Shown here piece after piece: positions 26,167 to 38,590 of a stretch of 64,000 bases of DNA. The DNA is from Octopus sinensis. Its lineage: Eukaryota. The notes below the pieces were generated by a model that worked only from the letters and a program-made list of their open reading frames with translations, did not search any database and had not been told where the DNA came from. The DNA lies in NCBI RefSeq assembly GCF_006345805.1, contig NC_043012.1, positions 8,122,001-8,186,000 on the forward strand, written 5' to 3'. The translations under genes and the position numbers were made by a program. Within the stretch, counting starts at the first letter, position 1; every line of letters begins with the position of its first letter.

Positions 26167-26323
26167 CATTCTCTGTCTCATGCCAGACAATACCCTCTAA
26201 TGTAACACTAGTTCCAGGTTCACATGGTCCAAGACACTCCGGTTCTGTGATAACCCCAACGCTGCAAGTATCTGTCCCCATATCATGTAACTCTGGTTGC
26301 ATTGGTGAACATGCTGCTTCAAC
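26167..26323 (-). CDS. ZNF608/ZNF609: Internal coding exon (157 bp, phase 0 in, phase 1 out) of a ZNF608/ZNF609 (scribbler/brakeless)-family transcriptional coregulator
   Basis: Minus strand: ttgttttaccattgcag|GTT...AATG|gtaagc. Translates [53 protein letters not shown], matching the family motif [24 protein letters not shown]. Canonical AG/GT sites. Confidence 0.95.
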
Positions 26324-27602
26324 CTGCAATGGTAAAACAAATTAAGGTGTGATCAGTTAATGGATCAAAGTATGAATGGCAGAATGGGAATAAACAGTTC
26401 AGCTACATGTTAAAACCAAATCATGTGGGCATTTGGAAGCAATGTAAGTCATAATATCATTATCAACATAGTTTTAATCTCCACTTTCCTGAGGTGGTCA
26501 GACGAGAGTCATTGCCTTTCCTGTCATCAACCATACATGTTTTCAAACAAGATAATATTTCTCAGAGTTTTTCAAATGCAAAAATAGCACAATGGCCAGG
26601 TTTGGTTTCACAGAAAATTGCAGACAATTGACACGTTTTTGTATGAAGGTTGATGTCTGTTTACATTCAACATGAACACACACACACACACATTGGCTTT
26701 TTTAAAAAGTTTTTTCCAGTTTCCATCTACCAAATCCACCAACAAGGCCTTGTCCAAGGTGCCATGCAGAGAAACTAAACTCAAAACCATATGGTTGTGA
26801 AGCGTCACATGTTAGTGCTCAAGAGTAAGCAATCACACTTATGCGTGGTGAACTGTTAAGATGTGTGGCCAAGAGTTAATAGATGTGAATAGTTTGAAAG
26901 GTCTGTGCATGTGTGTTTTCTATTTTTAATCATTTGAGTTCTTCCTATACAGAAGGAGCTGGGTTCTAACAAAGAAACAAAGCCCTGTCACTAGAATTTG
27001 GATAACAATACATGTGCTATGTTGAACTTTGGGCAAGTATTGTATATTTTTATTGTTCGGCTTACAGACTGTTACTAAGAATTTTCACTGATATAACTGA
27101 GTACACCAATAATTATTGGTATGAATTTAAATTTATAATTATGTTGTGTGTGTGTGTGTGCATATATGCAGTATTGTTGTACACACCAGACAGGTTTGTA
27201 AAGCACCTGACCTTTTATAGTTGACAGTAAAGAAAAAGTAAGGGAACACACAGACAGACACTGATAGACTTAATGAGATGTTAATTATTATTGGTTATTG
27301 TTTAATTATGTTGGTTACCTTTAATTGAAAGTTTGCGTAGATCAAGTTACCACAATTCACATATACATCCAGTGACTTAATCTGCATTAAATTACCACAG
27401 CTCAAATATATACCAACAAACTGTACCGACCTCAACCACTGCCCAACCTTGTGTCATATTTACACCCAGCCTTACCTTTCGTGTTCAAATGATATAGATT
27501 TGCCTACAGAAGGAAACAGTTTTCCACCAGCAAACCTTAAAATCAGGACTGGCCCCTATGGCCTACCTACCTCCCTTTATCAAGATTGGAGTATAACAGT
27601 AA

Positions 27603-27988
27603 CTGGGGAAGCACTCCGTCGGTTACGACGATGAGGGTTCCGGTTGATCCGATCAACGGAACAGCCTGCTCGTGAAATTAACGTGTAAGTGGCTGAGCAC
27701 TCCACAGACACGTGTACCCTTAACGTAGTTCTCGGGGATATTCAGCGTGACACAGAGAGTGACAAGGGCGGCCCCTTTGAAATACAGGTACAGCAGAAAC
27801 AGGAAGTAAGAGTGAGAGAAAGTTGTGGTGAAAGAGTACAGCAGGGATCACCACCATCCCCTGCCGGAGCCTCGTGGAGCTTTTAGATGTTTTCGCTCAA
27901 TAAACACTCACAACGCCCGGTCTGGGAATCGAAACCGTGATCCTACGACCGCGAGTCCGCTGCCCTAAATGGGCCATTGCGCCTCCAC
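27603..27988 (-). mobile_element. SINE family C (tRNA-derived), full length, young
   Basis: Minus head GTGGAGGCGCAATGGCCC...GGTTTCGATTCCCAGACC; 10-bp TSD ATAACAGTAA at 27593-27602 and 27989-27998. Confidence 0.9.
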
Positions 27989-28624
27989 ATAACAGTAAAT
28001 TGTTAGGGTGTGACAAACATTTACTGCAAGCTGTTGCTGGTGTGTGTGTGTGTGTGTGTGTGTGCAGGCGCCATTCTAAACGAGTGGGAACATTTATGGT
28101 GAGACAGCTTAAATCACCGCAGAACTCTCAATGTCACCCTTTTTAGCTCTTCTCTGTACTAGAAGAAACCATTCATGAGAATTTACAAACAGACACACAC
28201 ACACACATAAAAGAGGAGAGGAAAAAAAAAGGAGGGAGGCACTGAGTTCACACAGTGTGTTACAAAGCATGGTGTGTGGGGTGTGAAGACTGTGACATGA
28301 CATATATATATATGTGTCTATATATCTCCAACTGGGAAAGGTCAGATACTGATTGGATGATGATGGCTAATAATGCTAGTGATGATGATGATGATGATGA
28401 CTTTATATTCTGCAAATGGATGTGTATTTGCTCACACACACACTCACACACAATTAATCATTTTACATCTGCTTTCCATAATAACAGGAGTTGGGTGGCT
28501 TGACATGACATCATGGGCCTGGACGGAAGTCCATGTCTTCTTCTTCCATCCAGGGTTTCAGTTTCACATGATTTCTGCATATATGTGTACGTATGTGTAT
28601 ATATATATATATATGTATATATAT

Positions 28625-28860
28625 CATCATCATCATTTAGCGTCCGCTTTCCATGCTAGCATGGGTTGGACGGTTCAACTGGGGTCTGTGAAGCCAGAAG
28701 GCTGCATCAGGCCCAGTCTGATCTGGCAGTGTTTCTACGGCTGGATGCCCTTCCTAACGCCAACCACTCCGTGAGTGTAGTGGGTGCTTTTTACGTGCCA
28801 CCCACACAGGTGCCAGACGGAGCTGGCAAACGGCCACGGACGGATGGTGCTTTTTATGTG
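28625..28860 (-). mobile_element. Family E, young copy
   Basis: Near-identical reverse complement of 54430-54663. Confidence 0.85.
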
Positions 28861-29216
28861 CTGATGTATATATATATATATATATATACACATACAAGTA
28901 TGTGTATGTGTGTGCACATACTCCATACGTAATGTTGAATTAATACTAATTGTTGTATTAAAAGAATGTTAAAGTAAAGCTTTGAGCAAAAGCTAAAAGC
29001 AGCCTCAAGTGTTACACACACACACACACACACAACTTGTTTATAGATATCCAGCATAAAACAACTAGTTTACAACTGTAAAGGTTAATTTTTGAAGATA
29101 ATTTTTTTTTTATTTTGATATAAAGATATTTTCTGTTATCAGTGAAATGTATTCCAACAGCAAGTCATTCAGAGAGAGGGGGGCAATGAAAAGAGAAAGA
29201 GAGAGGAAGGGAGAAG

Positions 29217-29257
<41 letters not shown>

Positions 29258-29499
29258 GGACAGTGTTATCGTTGTAATATACACTTACAAACTGTGCATA
29301 TATACATATGTATGACTGTTATCATGGTAATATATTCCTTCTCCCCACCCTCTCTCTCTCTCACACACAGTCTCACATTTAATACAGGGAACTGAAAAAC
29401 CCCAATCAGCAGATTATCCAAGCAACTAATAGACAAAATCTCCCTCTAGGGGAAGAAGTGTTCAAAATCTGGAATTTTACACAATATAGACAATAAAGG

Positions 29500-29795
29500 T
29501 GGTGCATGGCTCAGTGGTTAGGGCATCGGGCTCACAATCATGAGGTAGTGAATTCAATTCCCGGACTGGGCTGCGTGTTGTGTTCTTGAGCAAGACACTT
29601 TATTTCACATTGCTCCAGTTCACTCAGGGCCAAGCTGTATTGGCCTTTGCCTTGGATGACATCGGTGGCATGGAGAAGGGAGGCTGGTATGCATTGATGA
29701 CTGCTGGTCTTCCATTAACCATCTTGAGCAGACTTCTGCCTTGGAGGGGAACTTTCTAGGTGCAATGCCATGGATATTCATAATGAAAGGCAGGC
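29500..29795 (+). mobile_element. SINE family D (tRNA head, V/CORE-like GTGTTCTTGAGCAAGACACT)
   Basis: TGGCTCAGTGGTTAG...AATTCAATTCCC head; homologous to the 33495 and 44685 copies. Confidence 0.85.
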
Positions 29796-29949
29796 TTTTC
29801 ATTATTACTTTACAGGCAATGAAGATTTCAATAGATGTCTGATCTTTAAAGCCGGCAGCTGAAAGCAACAGACATTGTTCTAATCTTAGAATCCCTCAGC
29901 AAAACATTCTACTCAGTTAGCAAAACTAAGAGTAACCTAAATTCTTATA

Positions 29950-30265
29950 TTTGTTGCAGCCATTTGATTGTGGCCATGCTAGAGCATCACCTTCAAGGGT
30001 TTTAGTTGAATAAATCAACCCCAAGGCTTTCTTCTTTTTTTAAAGCCTAGTATTTATTTTATCGGTCTCTTTTGCCAAACTGCTAAGCTATGGGAATGTA
30101 CACACACTAACATCAGTTGTCAAACAGTGATGGGGAGTGGGGACAAACACAAACACACATATATATACATATGACAGGCTTCTTTCAGTTTCCATCTACC
30201 AAATCCACTCACAAGACACTTGTAACACAGTGCCACGCAGTGGGGTGAACCCGAAACCATGTGGT
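29950..30265 (-). mobile_element. SINE family A, diverged
   Basis: Reverse-complement similarity to family A. Confidence 0.8.
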
Positions 30266-30707
30266 TTGGATATACACAGAGCAAAGGAAAAATAAGGAGT
30301 GTTTTGTGAGGATCAGGGATAGTTCTGGAATATATTATTTGGAAGAAATGAAAGGGACATTCCAAGTAGCCATTGGCCAGCCTCACTGGGTTGAAAGTAA
30401 GGTACTTTCACATATGTATGTGGTGGTGGTGAACCCGATTGGAAGGGACTGACCAAGTGTGTGGTGGGAAGTTATGATAAGGTAGGGGTCGGGAAACCCC
30501 TAGTCAAAGGTTACAGGCTTTGGAGGGTGCATTTGTTGAAGAGAAAGAAATCAAGAATGAGATTGAAGAAGGTGTGTGCGTTTGTGTGTGCATGCCTTTC
30601 TCTTTGTGTGCTTGCATTTTCTTGAAATATTACATCAGTCTCCATTTATTTCACACATGCGCACACAGAGAGTGTGTACATCTGTGTGGAGAGAAGAGAG
30701 AGAGAGG

Positions 30708-30743
<36 letters not shown>

Positions 30744-31439
30744 ATAACTACTAAAAGCAGAGAAACATTGAGATGATTGTCTAAACACAGCAACGGTGAT
30801 GGCGGTGGAATGATGATGTTTAGTTAAACATCATTAAGATATGAGACATAACATAAGATAAAGATTTTAATTAAAACAGCGAAAGGTCACACACAACACA
30901 ACGACCCCCAGCACCACCAGCACCTACACCTGCAACAACACCACATCCCAAGTGAGTCGAGAGTAGGGAAGGTATTGAAACTGTGACCACAGAGATTAGT
31001 GTACCCAACAGCAGCAATAGGCTTTGCTGTTAAGTTGATGGAAGAAGGGAGGGTGTGAAAAAGGGGAGAATTGAGGGGTTTAAGGAATAAGATGGAAGTG
31101 AGGTGAAGAGTAATGTGTAAATGTGTGTGCATATATAGTTTATGTGTGTGTATTCATATACATACAAACATATATATACACACATAAATGTAGAGTGTGC
31201 ATGTATATATATATGTGTGTGTGTGTGTGTACATACACTTCTTATCACCAAATTTTATCAATTTGCTTCCACAAGTGAAAATTCCTTAAATAGCAAAAAA
31301 GTGTGAGTAGAAGGTGTTTGTTGTGTTAATGGATGGTGAGTAGAAATAGAGAATGGGTGTAAATGGAGGCTACATGTGAATGGGTGTAAATGGAGGCTAC
31401 ATGTGAATGGAAGTTTGGTTTGTGCGTGTGTGTGTGTGT

Positions 31440-32360
31440 ATTCTTTTATTTGTTTCAGTCAGTTGACTGCAGCCATGCTGGAGCACCACCTTTAGTAGAG
31501 CAAATCAACCCCAGGACTTGTTCTTTGTAAGCCTAGTACTTATTCTATCCGTCTCCTTTTGCTGAACCGCTAAGTTACAGGGGCATAAACACACCAGCAT
31601 TGGTTGTCAAGCGATGTTGGGAGGACCAAACACTGACATACAAACATATACATAGACACACACACATATATAGATAAATATATATATATGATGGGCTTCT
31701 TTCAGTTTCCAACTACTAAATCCATTCACAAGGCTTTGGTCAGCCCCAGGCTATAAAAGACACTTATATTTGTCAAACCTGGTACATATTCTATTGGCCT
31801 CTTCTGCAGAATCACTAAGTTAAAGGGACATAAACACACCAACACTTGTTGTCAAGTGGTGGTCATGGTAGGGAACAAACACAGACATACACGCAGATAT
31901 ATAAATAAATAGTTCTATATTTAAGAGATGAATTATGTTCATTATTTACATTTGACAGATATTTGTCATACGGCATAGTGGTTAAGAGCACAGGCTACTA
32001 ACCCCAAGATTCCGAGTTCAATTCCAGGCAGTGACCTGGTGGCACGTAAAAGCACCCGCTACACTCTCAGAGTGGTTGGCGTTAGGAAGGGCATCTAGCT
32101 GTAAAACCTCTGCCAGATCAAGATTGGAGCCTGGTGCAGCCTTCTGGTTCGCCAGTCCTCAGTCAAATCGCCAACCCATGCTAGCATGGAAAGCAGACGT
32201 TAAAGGATGATGATGATGATGATGGGCTTCTTTCAGTTTTTGTATGCAAGGCTTTGGTTGGCTTGAGGCTATAGTAGAAGGCACTTGACCAATGTGCCAA
32301 GCAGTGGGACTGAACCCAGAAGCATGTGGTTGGGGAGCAAACTTCTTTACCGCACAGCTC
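31440..32360 (-). mobile_element. Two SINE A copies, the second interrupted by a tRNA-headed fragment and a family E element (31900-32223, + strand)
   Basis: The family A body breaks at its internal microsatellite (~31895) and resumes at 32221 (GATGGGCTTCTTTCAG). Confidence 0.8.
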
Positions 32361-33494
32361 TGCACAGCTCTGTCGGCATACCTTTCCCTGACATTAAAAG
32401 ATTACTGAGAAATAAAATGACTAACTTTACAGCTGAGGTTAACAGTTGGTTTAAGGACACAAACAGCAGCAGCACCACCACCACCTTCAAAACACCTCCC
32501 CTCCCCCACCACTACCACAAATATATGTAACACTTTCAACCCCCCACCATCAGAGCCTTCTATAACAATGGTATGGAATTGTCTCAGGGTCTAAGACAAG
32601 TGGGGGCGAGGCGGCAGATAGATAGAAAGGTTGATGTGGTAGGAGCAAAGAAAGGAACTGGAGGATATGATGGTGGGGAGGGTGTGTAATGTGATGGGTG
32701 GGGTGGGGGAAAGACATTGCCCTACCCCACCCCACCCCACCCTGACTTCACTTGAGATTATTACTTACAGGAAATCTCTTTGAAAGCTAGGAAATATTTT
32801 CACATGGGTGTATGTGGGTGTGTATATACACCCACACAAATGTATGCACACACACACACACGCGCACACACAAACACATACATATATAGAGAGAGATGTG
32901 CACACACGATCAGAAGTTCACATTCGTGTGGTGTGAAGTGAGCTGGAAAAAGTACTCAACAGTATTAAGTACTCAGGTGAAATGAAAGACCATACTCAAG
33001 AGTTTTGTCAGTCTTTCATCCACCTGAGGAATAGGGCCAAGAAACTCTGAGTAACAACTTGCTCCAGCATGGGCACATTCCTGAGTCTCAAACACACACT
33101 TTCTGTGTGTGTGTGTGTGTGTGTGTTTCATAACTTGCCTAAAGATTTTATGCAGCCACAGGTGAAACTCAGAGTAGCAAGAGAATGACTCAAGCAAAAT
33201 AAAATATACTATTAATCCCTACTATGGAACTGAATACTCTTTTTTTTTCTCTCTCTGACAACACTAAATGAGTATATATACATATGTGTGTGTGTGTGTG
33301 TATATATATATATTTATATAAAGCTCTTTATGGATGTGAAAGCATTGATCACTCCTTGACCACAGGACACATATTTAACTGCATATAAATACATTACTGC
33401 TTCTTAGAGTGTGCTTCTTTTTCAGATATACAATACACTGACGATATATATATGTATGTATGTATGTATGTATATATCTTACTTTTTTTTTGTG

Positions 33495-33813
33495 ACCCCC
33501 TTCAGTCATGAACAATCATGGTATTGCACCTAGAAAGTTACCCTCCAGGGCAGAAGTCTGCACAAGGTTGTTTATAGAAGACCAGCAGTCAGCCATGCAT
33601 GCCTGCCTCCCCCTCTCCACGCCACCAGTGTTATCCAAGGGAAAGGCAAAAGCCGATACAGCTTGGCACCTGTGACATCGCAACTCATTTCTACAGCTGA
33701 GTGAACTGGAGCAACAGGAAATAAAGTGTCTTGCTCAAGGACACATCACACAGCCCGGTCTGGGAATCAAACTCACAACATCACGATCGTAAGCTCAATG
33801 CTCTAACCACTTA

Positions 33814-33818
<5 letters not shown>
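33495..33818 (-). mobile_element. SINE family D
   Basis: Reverse complement of 44685-45020. Confidence 0.85.
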
Positions 33819-33851
<33 letters not shown>

Positions 33852-33992
33852 TAGTTGAATGAATTATCCTAGTATGGATAATTCGGTTAACTGATACCCG
33901 GGTAGCAAATTCACGTCAGAAAAACACGGTTGAAGCTACATGCCAAGGGCAGAGATCATGTGCTTTCGTGTGGGAATTTGTGTGTTTTTTTA

Positions 33993-34261
33993 ATACAAAT
34001 AAATGAAAGAATGGAGTTGAACGACGATTTAACAAAATTCCTTTATTCTCGACATATGTTTCGAAGGCTGCATATTCCTAATTTCGAAGGAATAAGGGGT
34101 GCATTATGCCGCCTTCTCATCAGGAAAGACAAGATGAGAAGGCGGCATAATGCACCCCTTATTCCTTCGAAATTAGGAATATGCAGCCTTCGAAACATAT
34201 GTCGAGAATAAAGGAATTTTGTTAAATCGTCGTTCAATTCCATTCTTTCATTTATTTGTAT
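33993..34261. repeat. Near-perfect inverted repeat, 129-bp arms and 11-nt loop; probable inverted Penelope pseudo-LTR pair
   Basis: 33993-34121 is the reverse complement of 34133-34261 with one mismatch. It contains the hammerhead. Confidence 0.93.
34043..34132 (-). ncRNA. Type I minimal hammerhead ribozyme (Penelope-like element type)
   Basis: Minus strand: TTGTCTTTC-CTGATGA-GAAGGC...GCCTTC-GAAAC-ATAT-GTC^GAGAATAA. Intact CUGAUGA/GAAA/GUC core, 6-bp stem II with extension, palindromic stem III (ACATATGT), stem I of about 8 bp with a bulge. Predicted cleavage is between 34051 and 34050. Confidence 0.85.
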
Positions 34262-34980
34262 GTATGTATGTATGTATGTATTATTCTTAAACGAGGATAT
34301 TACTCACATTTACTTTGAAGTTTGGGTCAGTTAAGCAGCTAACTTCGAAGTCACTGTCAACGATAGTCTTGTTTAAGAATAATAAATTTGTATTCAAGAA
34401 AAGTATGGAGTAACCCAGCAGATTAATGTAAAGCTGTTTTTATTATAACTGAACATAAAACAAACATTAACACACACATTAACTCGTGTGTGTGTGTGTG
34501 CCACAGATTTCCAGCAGCAAACTATTTGGAATAGTTTCTTGGGGGGGTCACAGAGTACAGAATGTGGTGGTGGTGGTGGTGGTGGTGGTGGTGAGAATGG
34601 TACTAGCTAACTATGACGGGGGGGGGATATTAATAGTGGTGGTGGTGGTGGTGGTGATGGTAATAGTGCTTCTAGTAGTTCTGATTACATTAGTGGTGGG
34701 GGTAATAGTAGTAAAAACAGAGTAGCAGTAGTAGTAGGAACAGCAGCAGCAGCAACTAGTAGTAGTTGTTTAGCCCTTGGTCAGCCTTGATAAAGGCAGA
34801 CATACAATCAAAAGTATTCCAAACAGGACCATCCACCATTTTACATACGTTGGACTATATGATCCAGTGTAGTTCAACTGCCAGCACCACCACCCCAGCT
34901 TCATTCTGTGGTAAAAAAAATAGTTGATACTAATTCAATTCTCATCCAGCTTCACTAATTAACAGGATTCATAATTAGTA

Positions 34981-35353
34981 GGCATAGGAGTGGCTGTGTG
35001 GTAAATAGCATGCTTACAAACCACATAGTTCTGGGTTCAGTTCCACTGTGTGGCACCTTGGCCAAGTGTCTTCTACTATAGCCTCGGCCCAACCAAAGCC
35101 TTGTGAGTGGATTTGGTAGATGGAAACTAAAAGAAGCCCGTCGTATATATGTATGTGTGTTTGTCCGTCCCCCCCAACAACGCCTGACAACCGATGCTGG
35201 TGTGTTTACGTCCCCGTAACTTAGCAGTTCGGCCGATAGAATAAGTACAAGGCTTACAAAGAATAAGTCCTGGGGTCGATTTGCTCAACTAAAGGCAGTG
35301 CTCCAGCATGGCCACAGTCAAATGACTGAAACAAGTAAAAAAAAGTAAAAGAG
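34981..35353 (+). mobile_element. SINE family A, full length
   Basis: Colinear with 82-480. Confidence 0.9.
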
Positions 35354-36261
35354 TCATTTAGCCCAAGGTTAATCCTGTAACATAGGAAGGACCAAAGACA
35401 ATCCAGATGTGGCCTTCCTATGTTTCATAAGGCTATTATGACATCTTATCTAAGGGGGCAAGCTGGCAGAATTGTTAGCATGCTGTATAAAATGCTTAGC
35501 AGTATTTCATTTGCCATTACATTCCTGAGTTCAAATTCTGCAGGGGACAACTTTACCTTTCATTCTTTCGGGGTCAATAAAATAAGTTCCAATTGAACAC
35601 TGGGGTTGATATAATTGTGCCCAAAACTGAAACCATTATTACAGTATATCAAAGACTAGCATTATTCTATTTCTTCCAGGCGACGGGGTGTAATATAAGG
35701 GAGATTTGGTTGCTATTTCTAGAATGTTGTTCCACCTTATAGCGGCTCTCTTGTTGGGGTTAAGTACATTTACTGTATTACATAGTGAAACAACAAAATA
35801 AATGAATACAGAATTATCAAACCTCAAAATAATTAGCCAACAAATCAAACAGACACATTAAAGCGATAACGAGATGAATAAATTATGAAGTGAGACAGAC
35901 AGACAGGCAGGCAGGCAGGTAGAGAACCTGGTAGCAACATATTTCATTAGAAGCGAGTGTATGTATATATATATATATATTAAGCCTATATAAGACAGTA
36001 CTTGTTGCTATGGGTGAGGGAGAGAAAGAGAAAAATATATGCACACACACAAAATTATAACTTTCTACCCCCCACATAAACTGTCAATCCTCTCACCATC
36101 CCCACCAAACTTAGATATGTTTTATACATACATAGATAGATATATGTATATAGATTACACATATATATTACAGACTGTAATATATATATAAATATGGAGA
36201 TAGGGAGAGAGAGAGAGAGATATTATTCTTAAATATTCACAGTGTGGGTGTGTGTGTACAT

Positions 36262-36654
36262 ATTCTTTTACTTGTTTCAGTCATTTGATTACAGCCATGC
36301 TGGAGCACTGCTTTTAGTTGACCACAGGACTTCTTTGTAAGCCAACTACTTATTCTATTTTGTCGGCCTCTTTTGCCGAACTGCTAAGTTACAGGGACGT
36401 AAACACACAAACAGCAGTTGTCATGTGATGAAGGGGGTACAAACACAGACACACACAAATATATATATATATAAACATACAACGGGCTTCTTTCAGTTTC
36501 CGTCTACCAAATCCACTCACAAGGCTTTGGTTGGCCCGAGGCTATAACAGAAGACACTTGCTCAAGGTGCCACATCATGGGACTGAACCCAGAATCATGT
36601 GGTTGGGAAGCAAGCTACTTACCACACAGCAACTCCTGTGCCTATATATATATA

Positions 36655-36709
<55 letters not shown>

Positions 36710-36870
36710 AAACTATATATATATATAACTGACCCTAGTATTTATTTTTTAAAGCCTGGTACTTAATCTCTTTTGCTGAACCACTAAGTAACAGGGACAT
36801 CGACACACCAGCACTGGTTGTCAAGGTGGTGGGAGGACACAAACACACACACAACAGGCTTCTTTCAGGC
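36262..36870 (-). mobile_element. SINE family A full copy (36262-36643) plus a partial copy
   Basis: Reverse-complement similarity. Confidence 0.85.
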
Positions 36871-37262
36871 ACTATGTAAAAAGCCCCCATGTTGGTGTCA
36901 CATAAAAAGCACTCATTACACTCTGTAGAATGGTTGGTAGCAGGAAGGGCATCCAGTTGCAGAAACCATGCCAAAACAGACAATTGGAGCCTGGTGTAGC
37001 TCTCCAGTTTCTGTCAAACCGTCCAACCCATGTCACATGGCAAATGGATGTTACATGATGATGATGATGATGATGCATTTAGGGTAGAGAGATGCAGTGT
37101 GTGTGTGTGAAGGTCGAAAGGAAAAGAATTAAGCACAATCTGCTGGATGTGCTTAATAATGAAGAATGAGGCACAGATGAGCTGAGAGAAAAACTGAGTA
37201 TGAGAGGAATCGGTTGAAATGTGCAGAAGGGAAATAAATGGCTTCCCTTGGTATGTAGATGT

Positions 37263-37495
37263 TGAGGAGGAGGAGGAGGAAGAAGTGGAAGATGAAGAGG
37301 AGGAAGAAGAAGTGGAAGATGAAGAGGAGGAGGAAGAAGAAGTGGAAGATGAAGAGGAGGAAGAAGTGGAAGATGAAGAGGAGGAAGAAGTGGAAGATGA
37401 AGAGGAGGAAGAAGTGGAAGATGAAGAGGAGGCAGAAGTGGAAGATGAAGAGGAGGAAGAAGTGGAAGATGAAGAGGAGGAAGAAGAGGAAGAGG
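37263..37495. repeat. Purine-rich minisatellite, 24-30 bp unit GAGGAAGAAGTGGAAGATGAAGAG
   Basis: Read directly. Confidence 0.92.
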
Positions 37496-38234
37496 TCATT
37501 GAAGTGCCAAGGTATTGATGTGGAAGAAATTGGTGGCAAAGGAAGACTGAAGAATCATCATCATTTAACATCCATTGTCCTTACTAGCATGTGTTGGACG
37601 GTTTGACCAGGGTTGGCAAAGAAGTGGTAAGAGCCGAAAACTCAGGAAACTTAGACTTTATATAAAACAGATGACAAAGGAACACAAGGAGTGGCGGAAT
37701 TTCGTGCCGGAGAAGGCCAGACCAATCCATGCCAGCATGGAAAAATCACTGCCAAAATGATTATGACAATATGGGTGTATAAATACACATAGACATGTTT
37801 TTATACATCATTAGCATCATCATTTTAATGTCCACTTTTCCATGTTCAAATGGGGCAGACAGAATTTGTTGAGGCAGATTTTCTATGGCTGGAAACCCTT
37901 CCTGTTACGGACCCTCACCTGTTTCTAAGTCAGCTAATATTCTGCCATGGCCAGACATGTTTTCATGGAAGATTGGAAATGCAGTACTGTGTGTGTGTAC
38001 AAGTTGGCAATGCTCATTTACAACTACCACACAATATGAAGACAGAGAGACACACACACACATGTATATATGACAGTTTGCAAGTACCAAATCCACTCAC
38101 AAGATACTTGTTCAAAGTGTCACACAGTAGGACTGAACCTGAAACCATGCACTCATAGTTCTCAACCACACAGCCATGCTTGTGCATCTTATAGATGGAT
38201 GGATGGATCGATCGATCGATAGATGTGTGTGCAT

Positions 38235-38590
38235 TCGCTTGTTTCAGTCATTAGCTTGTGGCCATGCTGGGGCACCACCCTGAAGAATATTAGTTGAAAG
38301 AATCAACCCCAGGTAATTTTTAAACCTAGTACTTATTATATTGGTATTCTTTTGATGAACCACTAAGTTACAGGGACATAAACACACCAATACTGGCTGT
38401 CAAGCAGCGGTCGGGGACAAACACAGATATATGAACATACATACTCACAACAGGCTTCTTTCAGTTTCTATCTCACCGAATCCAGCAACAAGGCTTTGGT
38501 CAACCCGAAACTGTAGTAGAAAGTACTCACCCAAAGTGCCATGCAGTGGGACTGAACCTGGAACCATGTGGTTGGGAAGCAAATTTCTTA
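38235..38590 (-). mobile_element. SINE family A, diverged
   Basis: Reverse-complement similarity. Confidence 0.8.

Noticed and set aside
37219-37518. Acidic poly-Glu ORF (and poly-Ser/Lys frames)
   Set aside because: Pure 24-bp minisatellite, open in several frames, with no splice context and lying between repeat tails.
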